A DNA stretch of 64,000 bases from positions 766,979 through 830,978 of the forward strand of contig CBDEUH010000004.1 in the NCBI GenBank assembly GCA_965243255.1, read 5' to 3'. How positions within the stretch are numbered: position 1 is the first letter of the stretch; each line of letters starts with the position of its first letter. Of this stretch, positions 44,576 through 54,127 are shown one piece after another. Origin of the DNA: Dehalococcoidia bacterium (lineage in GTDB: Bacteria > Chloroflexota > Dehalococcoidia > Lucifugimonadales > UBA3495). Made by a program: the position numbers and the translations under genes. The notes under the pieces are model-generated. The model saw only the letters and a list, made by a program, of their open reading frames with translations. It was not told where the DNA came from and ran no database searches.

Positions 44576-45907
44576 TCATTCGTGGAATCGCTGCAGGAGG
44601 CGGTGCAAGGCTTCTGCGCCGAACTCCAGGGCGGAAACCGGGACGCGTTCGTTGGCGGCGTGGATGGTTTTGAGGAAGTCGAAATCGGCCGGCAGGTTCA
44701 TGGGCATCCAGCCGTAGGTTTGAATACCAAGGCGGGCGAAGTGCCGACCGTCGGTGCCGGCGGGCATGAGCATGGGGACGGACACGCCGTCGTTGTCCTG
44801 CTCCGCGATGATGCCGGCCAGGGTGTCAAAGAGGCCCATGTTGAGCAACCAGGGCTTGGGCTGGAAGTTCACCGCCTGGAACTCAATGTCGGGGCCGGCG
44901 ATGCCCTGCAGCTCGCCCAGCAAATCTTCGGAGTCGTAGCCGGGCAGCATCCGGCAGTCCAGATTGACCACGACCTCGCTGGGGATGACGTTGGCCTTTT
45001 CACCGCCGTTGATGATGGTGGCGTTGGCAGTGTGGCGAAAGAGGGGTTCCATCTCCTGCCCGGCGGTTCCCATACGGCGCAGCATCCGGCCGGTGAAGGT
45101 CGGGTTGAGGAGCAGTTTCAGAAAGGCGCAGTCCGGCATCGGCAGGCTGCTGCTCATGGCCTCAATCATCATCTTGGTTACCGGATGGATGTGATAGGGC
45201 AGCGCCATGCGGTCCAGCTTGACCAGGAACTCGGCCATGCGGGTGGGAGCGGTGGAGTGATGCACGAGGGAACCGTGCCCGCCAGGCCCTCGAGCGATGG
45301 CTTGCACTCGACAGCCCTGTTTCTCCGCCACCTGGACCATGTAGAACTTGCGGCTCCGGTAGGTCTTGCTGAAGCCGCCGAACTCGCCCACCGCGTAGCG
45401 TGCGCCCTCAAACAGCTCCGGGCGGGCGTCCACCAGCCAGGCAGCGCCGGTGTGGCCGCCGGCTTCTTCGTCGGTGACCAGGGCTAGAATCACGTCGCCG
45501 GGCAGGTCGGTTCCCTCCAGGTGGGCGCGCATGAAGGCGTCCATCATCATGGCGACGCCGCCCTTCATGTCCAGCGCACCGCGACCCCATATATAGCCGT
45601 CCTGCAAGCGGCCTTCAAAGGGAGGCACGTCCCAGGGCTGCGCTGCTGTGGGCACCACGTCAATATGGCCGTAGAATAGCAGGGGAGGAGCGTCGCCGCG
45701 GCCCGGCAGCCTACTAATGACGTTGACGCGGTTGGGGTCGTCGCCCAGCAATTCGGCGGAGATGCCGGCGCGGCTCAGCACGTCGCGGCAATAGATGGCG
45801 CACTCCCGCTCGTTGCCGGGTGGATTGGTGGTGTCGTGCCGAATCAGCGCTTGCAGCAGATCGGCAACGTGAGGTCGGTACACAGGGGATTGAGTCGCCG
45901 CCGTCAT
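44576..45907 (-). CDS. M20-family metallopeptidase/deacylase (ArgE/DapE/CPG2-like)
   Basis: Track ORF. LLFYGHIDVVP, GRGALDMKGG and DEEAGG metal-ligand motifs. Confidence 0.85.
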   Translation of the reverse strand: MTAATQSPVYRPHVADLLQALIRHDTTNPPGNERECAIYCRDVLSRAGISAELLGDDPNRVNVISRLPGRGDAPPLLFYGHIDVVPTAAQPWDVPPFEGRLQDGYIWGRGALDMKGGVAMMMDAFMRAHLEGTDLPGDVILALVTDEEAGGHTGAAWLVDARPELFEGARYAVGEFGGFSKTYRSRKFYMVQVAEKQGCRVQAIARGPGGHGSLVHHSTAPTRMAEFLVKLDRMALPYHIHPVTKMMIEAMSSSLPMPDCAFLKLLLNPTFTGRMLRRMGTAGQEMEPLFRHTANATIINGGEKANVIPSEVVVNLDCRMLPGYDSEDLLGELQGIAGPDIEFQAVNFQPKPWLLNMGLFDTLAGIIAEQDNDGVSVPMLMPAGTDGRHFARLGIQTYGWMPMNLPADFDFLKTIHAANERVPVSALEFGAEALHRLLQRFHE

Positions 45908-45931
45908 AGCTATCCTGCGATTGGCCGAGGG

Positions 45932-46846
45932 CTACGCACGGTCGGGGGAGTCCTCATCGCTGGAATCCTCACCGTCCAGGTCAACGGTCAAACCCTGCAG
46001 AAATTCCTCGATGCTGGACGGCAATGGAGTCTCCGGCTCAGGAAGGGAGCCCGTCTCGTATTCGCTGTCGTACATCTCCTCAATACGACTAAGCACGTCT
46101 CCGGCCGGTATTTGGCCGTCACCTGGGGATAACTCGTCATACTGTTTTAGACCGCGCTCCGACTGGGCGATACGTTCCGGCAGGTCGTAGAGTCGGCACA
46201 GCAGTTCCATCATCCTGGCCGCGCCCTGGTAATCATCGTCCAGGTTGAGATACTGGGGCAGGTGCACCACAAAAGCCCGTGTTTCCAGCCCCATTTTGGT
46301 GGCAGTTTCAGTGATGGTGTAGGTGATGGTGGTGGGACCCTCGTAGCTGCTGGGCCGGGCGTTGGCGATGTTGTAGTCGCGCTCCACGTTCTCTCCGGTG
46401 CCCAGGCCGGAAACAACCAGGGGCCTGGTATGGGGGACCATATCGTACATGCCGCCGATCAGAGCATACTGCTTCACGCCGAAATGCCTGATGATTTCCA
46501 GCAAAGCCTCGGAATAGTCCTCTCCGTACAGGTGAGGTTCCAGCAGGTGGGCGGTAATCAGGTGCTGCCCGTCATCAGGGTTGGCGTAGCGAAGGATGGT
46601 GTTGGGAATGGTAACTTCGCGATTGCCGCTGACCAGATAAGACCGGGGCCGATAACGGGTAAAGTCATAGTAACGACCGGGGCGATACAGCCGGCCCAAC
46701 TCGCGGCTGCGCAGATGCCGCTCCAGGCGTCCCAGGGACAAGCTGCCCACGTTTCCCACGTCAATCCAGGGACGGAGCACTGCCAGCATGTGCGGGTCCC
46801 GGAGTTCGGGGAGGGGTTCCGCTATGTCAAATTCGCCGATTCGCAT
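45932..46846 (-). CDS. PAC2 (proteasome assembly chaperone 2-like) family protein
   Basis: Track ORF. The pattern LRPWIDVGNVGSLSL...IGGMYDMVPHTRP...SYEGPTTITY resembles bacterial PAC2-family proteins. Acidic C-terminus. Confidence 0.6.
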   Translation of the reverse strand: MRIGEFDIAEPLPELRDPHMLAVLRPWIDVGNVGSLSLGRLERHLRSRELGRLYRPGRYYDFTRYRPRSYLVSGNREVTIPNTILRYANPDDGQHLITAHLLEPHLYGEDYSEALLEIIRHFGVKQYALIGGMYDMVPHTRPLVVSGLGTGENVERDYNIANARPSSYEGPTTITYTITETATKMGLETRAFVVHLPQYLNLDDDYQGAARMMELLCRLYDLPERIAQSERGLKQYDELSPGDGQIPAGDVLSRIEEMYDSEYETGSLPEPETPLPSSIEEFLQGLTVDLDGEDSSDEDSPDRA

Positions 46847-46914
46847 AAACGCGCCTCACGGTAGCACCGAGGTTAAACAGCGTCAAGGCAGATTCCGTCG
46901 CGGTGGCTGCCGGG

Positions 46915-48093
46915 TCAGCATTCGCCCATCTGGGTGAGGCGGCCCTCGCGCCAGGCCACCATGCCGCCCTTCACCGTGGCGAAGGTGTCCAGACGCAGCG
47001 AGCCGTCCACGTTGTGCCCGGCCATATCGTGCCAGACGAAGCGGCCCTGGCGCTGCTCCCACACCGCGGCGTCGCCTTCCATGCCGACGGCAAGGGAACC
47101 GATGCTATCCTGCAGTCCCAATATTTCGGCCGGCCGGCTGGTGCTGGCCGTGATAGCGTCGGACAGGGGCATACCAAGGGCGTGGAACTTGCTCACCAGG
47201 TCATTCATCAGATAGACGATGCGGCCGGGGGGAGCGATGTGAATATCGGTGCTGATCGTATCCGGTACGATGCCCTGGTCCATGGCTGCCTTGACCACCT
47301 CAACGTCGCAATGCACGCCGGCGTGGGCCACGTCCATGATGACCCCGCGCTCAGCGGCGGCGCGCACTTGGGGACGCACCTTGCCAGCGCTATCAAGCAT
47401 ATTTTCCGGCAGGCCGTTGAAGGCGTGGGTTGATATGTCGCCGGGACCCAGGTGTTCCAGCACATCGGGCAGAGGGATGGGCGTGCCGCTGACGTGAACC
47501 ATCAGGCGCACTCCGGCCTCGGATGCGGCCTGTTTCGCTTTGGCCATGGCTTCGTGAGCGTTCCAGCGGGCCACGGCGTCATGATGCATCCGCACCTTGA
47601 CGCCGAAGAGGAGGTTCGGGTTGTCCTTGATAGCCTGTACCGTTCGCTCTACGTCGATGATGCGCATATCGTGGAGGCCGCCGCCAAGAACCCCGTTGGC
47701 AGCCAATCCAACGGCGCCAATGTGCAGGAAGGCAATGAGCCGGGTGCGGTGGGCCGGAAAGACGTAATCCCGCATCGCGCCGTAGTTCAGGAAACCGGAG
47801 CTTCCGGCGTCCACGCCGGTGGTTACGCCGCTGCCCAGGCAGGTCTGGTCGGCGTGAACTGCGCTGCTGCTGCCGCCATGGTAGAAATGGCCGTGCAGGT
47901 CAACCAAACCGGGGGTAACCAACTTGCCGGACACGTCAACGGTTAGCGTGGCGCTGAGCGGGTCGATGTAATCGGCAACGGCGGCGACTTTGCCGTCCTT
48001 GAAGGCGATGTCCCTGGGTTCGTTGTCAATGCCCAGGGCCGGGTCAAGGAGATTGCCGCCGGTGAGCGCTAGGTCGTAGATGGCGGTAGTCAT
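46915..48093 (-). CDS. amidohydrolase/deacetylase-family metallohydrolase
   Basis: Track ORF. GGAGGG upstream. Metal motif VDLHGHFY, then later HV.. and D..HAG motifs of the amidohydrolase TIM barrel. Confidence 0.8.
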   Translation of the reverse strand: MTTAIYDLALTGGNLLDPALGIDNEPRDIAFKDGKVAAVADYIDPLSATLTVDVSGKLVTPGLVDLHGHFYHGGSSSAVHADQTCLGSGVTTGVDAGSSGFLNYGAMRDYVFPAHRTRLIAFLHIGAVGLAANGVLGGGLHDMRIIDVERTVQAIKDNPNLLFGVKVRMHHDAVARWNAHEAMAKAKQAASEAGVRLMVHVSGTPIPLPDVLEHLGPGDISTHAFNGLPENMLDSAGKVRPQVRAAAERGVIMDVAHAGVHCDVEVVKAAMDQGIVPDTISTDIHIAPPGRIVYLMNDLVSKFHALGMPLSDAITASTSRPAEILGLQDSIGSLAVGMEGDAAVWEQRQGRFVWHDMAGHNVDGSLRLDTFATVKGGMVAWREGRLTQMGEC

Positions 48094-48118
48094 CAGTATT
48101 GAATCCCTCCGCGTTCAG

Positions 48119-48592
48119 TCAGTACTCATCCCAGTAGTAGTCTTCCGTAGTAAGGTTCTCCTGCCACCAGCGTCGCAAACGGGGCAGCACCAGTTCCTTG
48201 GGCTTGCGAAAGTCCGCTTCGACAAAATCCAGCGAGTCGGGCAAAGGCCGGGCTTCCCATTTCTGGATCGCTTCGAGAACAAAGCGCCGCACCATCTCCG
48301 GCGAGCGGGCTTCGAGGCGTCCCAACTGGTAAGCCAGCGTGACGGCCATCTGCATCTGGCAGATCAGGGCGTGGGCGTCCTCCTCGCGCAGGTTTTCCGG
48401 CATTGCCCCCGACTGGTCTATAAAATCGTCCAGCACCTGGCCGATAATCAGCGGAGGGTCGTTTTCGTCCTGCTCCGGCAGAAACTCGGTGAGGCGGTCG
48501 GTAAGGTCGGCAACCCCTTCTTCAGGCAGGGCGAAACTTGCCCACTGGTCATCGCCGGATTCAGGATTGGGGTTGAACTGGTCGTCGCTCAT
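48119..48592 (-). CDS. hypothetical acidic protein (157 aa)
   Basis: Track ORF 48119..48613 (TTG). I prefer the ATG at 48592 (MSDDQFNPNPESGDDQW...). No family recognised. Confidence 0.5.
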   Translation of the reverse strand: MSDDQFNPNPESGDDQWASFALPEEGVADLTDRLTEFLPEQDENDPPLIIGQVLDDFIDQSGAMPENLREEDAHALICQMQMAVTLAYQLGRLEARSPEMVRRFVLEAIQKWEARPLPDSLDFVEADFRKPKELVLPRLRRWWQENLTTEDYYWDEY

Positions 48593-48906
48593 CGTAAGGT
48601 CCTGCGTGGGCAAACTTGGCGGCCCGGCGATCTGTAAACCGGTGTGTGGTTAAGCCGGTTGCACGTCCCTTTGCATTGTATCACGCCGCCGCCGGGGTTC
48701 CCGTAGGGACCGGCGTTGTTCACCCAATTCGCCCTGTCTCCACGATTGACCCGGCGCCCGGCAGGAGGGAAACGGGTTGACACATCTAAACGTCGCTGTC
48801 AAACTTGTTGACGCTTTATGTCAGGCCGTCTTCGGCCCAATAGAGCGTCCCAAAATTCAACTCACCGAAACCCAAATACTTGCACTCAGTAAGAGGAGCT
48901 TGTGGT

Positions 48907-51549
48907 ATGCGCGCAGAAAGCGGCAAGTTTTTTCCGTGGATTATCGGCAGCGTGGCCCTGATGGCAATCGTCGGAGCTATCGTTGCCGGATTAGTTTTAC
49001 CGGCTGGCGCGTTTCAGGTCGCCGCTCCCGCTCCCGACAACCTGACGACTGAGTCCATACCGGTTGCCCATCCCGCAGACGCCAGGGACTTGCTGGCTAC
49101 TTCGAAAACCGACTCCGTCATTAACTCAACTGATGGCAACTCCTCTGTGGCACAACAGGCTGGCGCTCCGGCCAGCATCGAACTCTCGCCGGGAGAGGAT
49201 TGGAACCCCATCAAGACACAGCATACCTTCACGATAACGGTAAAGCGGGCGGACGGCTCTCCCGCGTCCGGCGCAGCGGTTGAATTGATTCTGAATCGCT
49301 TTGGCGCCGCAGTCGGCGACATCGTTGACATTGGTGGCAGTAACCCCAACAAGGTGGACAACACCTACGGGACCGTAACCACCAATTCGAGCGGCCAAGC
49401 CACGCTTACCATCACCGCCACTCGTGAAGGGGACACGGACGTAACCGCTTACGCTCCCGGCATCGCTGACGCTGACGCTCACAAGGTGTTCGCCGTCAAG
49501 CACTGGGTTGACATCGCGGTGGACTTCCCGCCGGCGGAGGCTACCAACCAGGCCGGCGCGCCTCACCAGATGACGGTGGTGGTCTATAAGTCCAGCGACG
49601 GAAAGGATATCGACGGCAACCCGATCACCCCGCTGTCCGGCGTGCACGTGGACTGGGCGCTTTCTGACAACGACCCCGGCGCCAGTTTGAGCCAGACTTC
49701 GACGGTGACCGACGAGAACGGCACGGCCACCGTAACGCTGCAACAAGCCAGCGCAGCTACCGGCGACAACACTGTTGACATCGCAGTTAAGGACGCGGAA
49801 AACCGCGCCACCTTCACTCACACCGTAACCAAGACCTGGGTGGCCCAAGATATCGCGGTTGACAAGCAGGGCCCAGCGACCCTGGGCCTGCTGGCGGAGG
49901 GCAGCTACACCATCACCGTTACCAACAACGGCACGGCTCTTGCTCCCGACGTGCAGCTGATTGACCAACTGCCGGCAGGGTTGCAATACGTAAGCGCCAG
50001 CCCGGAACCGGACCAGAACATCAACAACGTACTTTCCTGGTCCCTGGGCGACATTGCTATTGGCGAGTCCGCCAGCGTCACGTTGAACCTGCAGGGCGTG
50101 GGAATCGGCAACCAGGAGAATACGGCCACCGCCGTCTCGGGCGAGTACTCCGGCATGGATACGCTGGCTACCAACGTGCTGGCCGGCTCTCTGATGGTCA
50201 GCAAGACCGGGCCCAGCCAGGTCAACTTCAACGAAGAATTCAGCTACGACGTAACGGTTACCAACAACGGGAACGGCGCTTTGACCAACGTGGTGGTTAC
50301 CGACGCCCTGCCGGCCGAGTTCACTCTGGTCAGCAGCGATCCGGTTGCAGCGGCGGGGCCGACGTGGAACCTGGGTACCCTGGCACAGGGTGAAAGCAAG
50401 TCGGTCAGCTTGACCGTTTCTTCCGCCACGGCTGGCGACTACGTCAACCGCGTCAGCGTTACCTCCGACGAAGGACAGACTGGCGGGGCCGAAGCATCCA
50501 CGACGGTGCAATCGCCGACGGTTACGGTAACCAAGACCGCCAACCCGGGCACCATCCTGGTTGGCGAGCAGACGACCTTTACCATCACAGCAACAAACAA
50601 CGGAGACGGCTTCGCATCCAACATCAGCGTCGTTGACAACCTGCCGGACGGCATGGAAATGGTATCCACCACTCCGGAGGCTACCGTGGGCAACGACGGC
50701 TCCCTGAGCTGGACCATCGAGCGGCTTGAGGCCGGCGCCTCTGAGACCTTCACCGTAGTCGCCCAGGGCAATGCCGGTGGCGACCTGGTGAACCTCGCCG
50801 CGGTCAGCGGAGAAGGCGTCATCGGTACGGCCGAGGCTACGGTCGTGGTTCAAACCACCGCCATCGGGCTGGCGAAGACGGGCGGCTCAGTGATGTACAT
50901 CGGTGGCGAGCGCGACTACCAGATTACGGCTACCAACAACGGTACCGCTGATCTGACCGGCGTCGTCATCACCGACACCATCCCCGAGGGCCTGTCCTAC
51001 GTGAGCAGCGAAAACGGCAGCCTGAACGCCAACACCGTAACCTGGACGATTGGCGAACTGGCCGCCGGCGCCACCAACACCGTGACGCTGACCCTGCGGG
51101 GTGAAACGGCCGGTGAACACACCAACGAGGCCAGCGTAACTACTGACCAGGGTGTCAGCGCCAACGCCAACTTCGCCGTGTCGGTGCTGGCCGCGGCCGG
51201 CGCAACACTGCAGCTCAGCGACAATCCGGACCCGGTGGGCGTGGGTGAGCAGGTAACGTACACCGCTACCTTGACCAACCAAAGCCCCGACAGCTCCATC
51301 ACCAACGTCAGAGTAACGGTTGACATCCCAGAGGAATTCACCATCCTTGACGCAGGAACCGGCGTGGCAACCGGCAACAGCGTTGCCTTCCCGGCCGTTG
51401 AAACCCTGGGAGCCGGCCAAACCCTGACTTACACCATCACAGTGCAAGCCAACACTGCGGGCGACGTGGTTGCCCAGGCTACGCTCGAATACGCCGAGTT
51501 CAGCCGGCCCATCGCCGCACAGGAAGGTACCACCATCATCGACAGGTAG
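48907..51549 (+). CDS. large surface/secreted protein: N-terminal TM anchor, 2 Big-1-like Ig domains, 5 DUF11 repeats
   Basis: Track ORF 48880..51549, trimmed to the ATG at 48907 with GAGGAG 8 nt upstream. The unit ...TVTNNG.....V.V.D.LP.G...VS....W.LG.L..G.S....L.... is repeated five times. Invasin-like Ig domains precede it (SGQATLTITATREGDTDVTAY). Confidence 0.85.
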   Translation: MRAESGKFFPWIIGSVALMAIVGAIVAGLVLPAGAFQVAAPAPDNLTTESIPVAHPADARDLLATSKTDSVINSTDGNSSVAQQAGAPASIELSPGEDWNPIKTQHTFTITVKRADGSPASGAAVELILNRFGAAVGDIVDIGGSNPNKVDNTYGTVTTNSSGQATLTITATREGDTDVTAYAPGIADADAHKVFAVKHWVDIAVDFPPAEATNQAGAPHQMTVVVYKSSDGKDIDGNPITPLSGVHVDWALSDNDPGASLSQTSTVTDENGTATVTLQQASAATGDNTVDIAVKDAENRATFTHTVTKTWVAQDIAVDKQGPATLGLLAEGSYTITVTNNGTALAPDVQLIDQLPAGLQYVSASPEPDQNINNVLSWSLGDIAIGESASVTLNLQGVGIGNQENTATAVSGEYSGMDTLATNVLAGSLMVSKTGPSQVNFNEEFSYDVTVTNNGNGALTNVVVTDALPAEFTLVSSDPVAAAGPTWNLGTLAQGESKSVSLTVSSATAGDYVNRVSVTSDEGQTGGAEASTTVQSPTVTVTKTANPGTILVGEQTTFTITATNNGDGFASNISVVDNLPDGMEMVSTTPEATVGNDGSLSWTIERLEAGASETFTVVAQGNAGGDLVNLAAVSGEGVIGTAEATVVVQTTAIGLAKTGGSVMYIGGERDYQITATNNGTADLTGVVITDTIPEGLSYVSSENGSLNANTVTWTIGELAAGATNTVTLTLRGETAGEHTNEASVTTDQGVSANANFAVSVLAAAGATLQLSDNPDPVGVGEQVTYTATLTNQSPDSSITNVRVTVDIPEEFTILDAGTGVATGNSVAFPAVETLGAGQTLTYTITVQANTAGDVVAQATLEYAEFSRPIAAQEGTTIIDR

Positions 51550-51583
51550 CCTTTGGGTAAAACCAAGCCACTTGCTCGAAAGG

Positions 51584-51614
51584 ACAGGGGCGGCCGGCAT
51601 CAGGTCGCCCCTGT
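51584..51614 (+). terminator. hairpin after the DUF11 gene
   Basis: ACAGGGGCG (51584..51592), 13-nt loop, CGCCCCTGT (51606..51614). It shares the GGGGCG/CGCCCC core with the three-copy element. No T-run. Confidence 0.35.
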
Positions 51615-51649
51615 TGACAACGGGGCACGCGGCGGTGAATGATGCGCCA

Positions 51650-52213
51650 ATGGACACCCTCCTGCCCCAAATCGCGGTATCCGTTCAAACCGACTTTCCA
51701 GGCGGCGCCGTCAGAACGCCCAACTCGCAGTGGCTCGTGGCGGCGGTGCGTAGCGGGCTGGCCCAGGTTTTGACTCCGGACGCCAGGGGCCAAGTAAGCC
51801 TGCTGCTGACCGACGATGCTACCGTCCGGGAGCTGAACCGGCAGTATCGGGGCCTTGATGAAACCACCGACGTGCTGTCGTTCTCGGCGGAGTACAGCGG
51901 TAACTGGCAGGGTGATGAGCCTCCACCCTCATCCGGACGCCCTTTAGGCGAGGGCGAGAAGGAAGCAGCCACCATTTTTCCAATCCCCGCCGACGAGCCC
52001 CAACCGCTGGGGGACATCGTTATCTCTATACCCCAGGCCCTACGGCAAGCCGACGCGCAGGACACTTCGCTGTGCCGCGAGCTGGGTCTGCTAATCGTCC
52101 ACGGCGCCCTGCACCTGCTGGGACACGACCATTACTCGGATGACGAGAGTGCAGCAATGCAGCGGCTGGAGCGGACGGCGCTGGCAGCAATCTTCGGCGA
52201 ATCGGAGGGTTGA
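51650..52213 (+). CDS. ybeY: rRNA maturation endoribonuclease YbeY
   Basis: Track ORF 51470..52213, trimmed to the ATG at 51650. HGALHLLGHDH zinc motif. It contains a roughly 35-aa Pro/Glu-rich insertion. Confidence 0.85.
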   Translation: MDTLLPQIAVSVQTDFPGGAVRTPNSQWLVAAVRSGLAQVLTPDARGQVSLLLTDDATVRELNRQYRGLDETTDVLSFSAEYSGNWQGDEPPPSSGRPLGEGEKEAATIFPIPADEPQPLGDIVISIPQALRQADAQDTSLCRELGLLIVHGALHLLGHDHYSDDESAAMQRLERTALAAIFGESEG

Positions 52214-52215
52214 AA

Positions 52216-52653
52216 ATGCTGATGTCTCGAGAAGAGTTTGAGCGGCATGTGCTGTCGGCTTACGAACAGTTGCCTGAGGCTGCGCGGGCCGCACTGGACG
52301 AAGGCAACATCGACATCGTGTTGGAGGACTGGCCCGGGCCGGAAGCTGAAGGAGCCTTTGACCCCGACGGCGGAGACCCAAACCCACAGAGCCTGTACGT
52401 GGGCGTACCTTTGCCGGATCGTCATGGCGGCCACGCTAACCTGCTGGGCTTATACGTCGGCGTGCCACTGATTGACCGTTACGGGGGCGAACCGGCCCTG
52501 CCCGACTGTATCTACCTATATCGCTGCCCGATCCTGGAGGCTTGCGATTCTTACGATGCGGTGGTGGAAGAAATCCGAGTTACCCTGCTCCACGAAGTAG
52601 GCCACTACCTGGGGCTGGACGAGGACGATTTGGAGCGTCTTGGCTATGGCTGA
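52216..52653 (+). CDS. zincin-like metallopeptidase-family protein (DUF1025-like)
   Basis: Track ORF 52210..52653. ATG at 52216 lies 6 nt after GGAGGG. HEVGHYLG zinc motif. Internal duplication of the LYVGVPL.DR.GG segment. Confidence 0.7.
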   Translation: MLMSREEFERHVLSAYEQLPEAARAALDEGNIDIVLEDWPGPEAEGAFDPDGGDPNPQSLYVGVPLPDRHGGHANLLGLYVGVPLIDRYGGEPALPDCIYLYRCPILEACDSYDAVVEEIRVTLLHEVGHYLGLDEDDLERLGYG

Positions 52654-53161
52654 CCGGGTGGCCTGGCTCATCGGGTCCGGTTTCGGCTCCGGGCTGTCGC
52701 CGTTAGCGCCCGGGACGGCCGGCTCCCTGGTGGCGGCGGCAATTCTCTTCCTGCTGTCCTTCTTCCTGCCCGGTATGCCGAGTGGCTGGGAGCGGATGGC
52801 CATCCTGGCAGCAATGTCCATCATCGGCCTGGCCGTCGGCGTCTGGGCCACCGGGCGAATGTCAACGCCGGAAAATCCTGACCCAAGAAGCGCCACTTGG
52901 GACGAGTTCGTGGGAATGTGGCTGACCTGCCTGCTGATTCCCTTCCACTCCCCGGTATGGCTGGCCATAGCCTTCGTGCTGTTCCGCGCGCTGGACGTGT
53001 TGAAACCCTGGCCCTGCCGACGGCTGGAACGGCTACCCGGCGGCTGGGGCATCATGCTGGATGACGTCGCCGCTGGGCTGTGGGGAATGCTGATAATGCT
53101 GGGGCTGCTGGCTGCCTATGCACTCGGGTGGCCGCTTGCAGCTGACCTGGCCTCAGGTTAG
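52646..53161 (+). CDS. pgpA: phosphatidylglycerophosphatase A
   Basis: Track ORF 52640..53161. ATG at 52646. GSGFGSGLSPLAPGTAGS and DEFVGMW motifs. Confidence 0.85.
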   Translation: MADRVAWLIGSGFGSGLSPLAPGTAGSLVAAAILFLLSFFLPGMPSGWERMAILAAMSIIGLAVGVWATGRMSTPENPDPRSATWDEFVGMWLTCLLIPFHSPVWLAIAFVLFRALDVLKPWPCRRLERLPGGWGIMLDDVAAGLWGMLIMLGLLAAYALGWPLAADLASG

Positions 53162-54021
53162 GCGGCAACGGCTACCCGGGCGCGAATAGCTTTCAGGATG
53201 TCCACGTTCGGCTTGTCCGGGCCGCGGTTGTCCTTGTCGTAGCCGGGGACTTCCAGGAAAAAGGGCAGGTCGGCGAAGGCGGAGTGGGACATGATGCTGA
53301 CGAAGCCCTGCTCACCGATAAGCCCATCGCCGATATTGTCGTGCCGGTCAACGCCGGACCCGCAGGGCCGCTTGGAGTCGTTGGCGTGCACTGCGGACAG
53401 CCGTTCCAGCCCGATGTCCCGGTCAAACTCGTCAATCATCCCGGCGACGCCTTCGGGGCAAGTGAGATCGTAGCCGGCCGCGAAGGCGTGCTGCGTATCC
53501 AGGCAGATGCCCAAGCGCGGGCTGTCCACCGCCCGAAGGACCTCCCCCAGCTCGCTGAACTTCGCGCCGATGTGTTGACCCATACCGGCCATGTTCTCCA
53601 GGCACAGGAGTGGTCCCTCCGGGGATTGCTCCAGCACCCGGTTGATACTCTCGACCACTTGCGGAAACACGCCTTCGTAACCGGCCCCGCCGTGGCTGCC
53701 GGGATGGAAGATGACGCCGCCGGCTCCGATCTGATCGGCCAGTTCCATATAGTTGACCAGCGACGATATGGACTTATCCACGTTGTCGGGGTTGGAGTTG
53801 CCCAAGTTAATAAGATAGATGGCGTGCAGGAACGGCGGAGCCAGGCCGGCCGCGGCGTTCTTCTCCCGAAACTGGTCGGCCTCGGCGTCCGTAAGCCCCT
53901 TGAATCGCCAGGAACGGGTGGAGGACCCGAAAATCTGGACAGCTTCGGCCCCGATGCCCACGGCACGGTCAACTGCCTTGGCAATCCCGCCGGCTGCGGA
54001 AACGTGAGCTCCGATAATCAT
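53158..54021 (-). CDS. nfo: deoxyribonuclease IV (endonuclease IV)
   Basis: Last 287 codons of track ORF 53158..54465. ATG at 54021 lies 7 nt after AGGAGA. MIIGAHVSAAGG, FHPGSH, LCLENMAG, DTQHAFAAGYD, HANDS motifs. Confidence 0.9.
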   Translation of the reverse strand: MIIGAHVSAAGGIAKAVDRAVGIGAEAVQIFGSSTRSWRFKGLTDAEADQFREKNAAAGLAPPFLHAIYLINLGNSNPDNVDKSISSLVNYMELADQIGAGGVIFHPGSHGGAGYEGVFPQVVESINRVLEQSPEGPLLCLENMAGMGQHIGAKFSELGEVLRAVDSPRLGICLDTQHAFAAGYDLTCPEGVAGMIDEFDRDIGLERLSAVHANDSKRPCGSGVDRHDNIGDGLIGEQGFVSIMSHSAFADLPFFLEVPGYDKDNRGPDKPNVDILKAIRARVAVAA

Positions 54022-54127
54022 TCTATGCTCTCCTGGCTGGGCTGTTGCTACGCGCTCAGCAGTATCGCAGAATGAAGCCGCTACGGTAACCCCTATGATC
54101 AAACCGCCTTCGCCTATCCCGAAAACG

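Noticed and set aside
44543-45487. 314-aa + strand ORF
   Set aside because: Antisense to the M20 peptidase gene, which has clear metal-ligand motifs.
49126-51657. Minus-strand ORFs 49126..50853 (575 aa) and 50887..51657 (256 aa)
   Set aside because: Antisense to the DUF11/Big-1 repeat protein. There is no domain signal, and the repeat periodicity belongs to the + strand frame.
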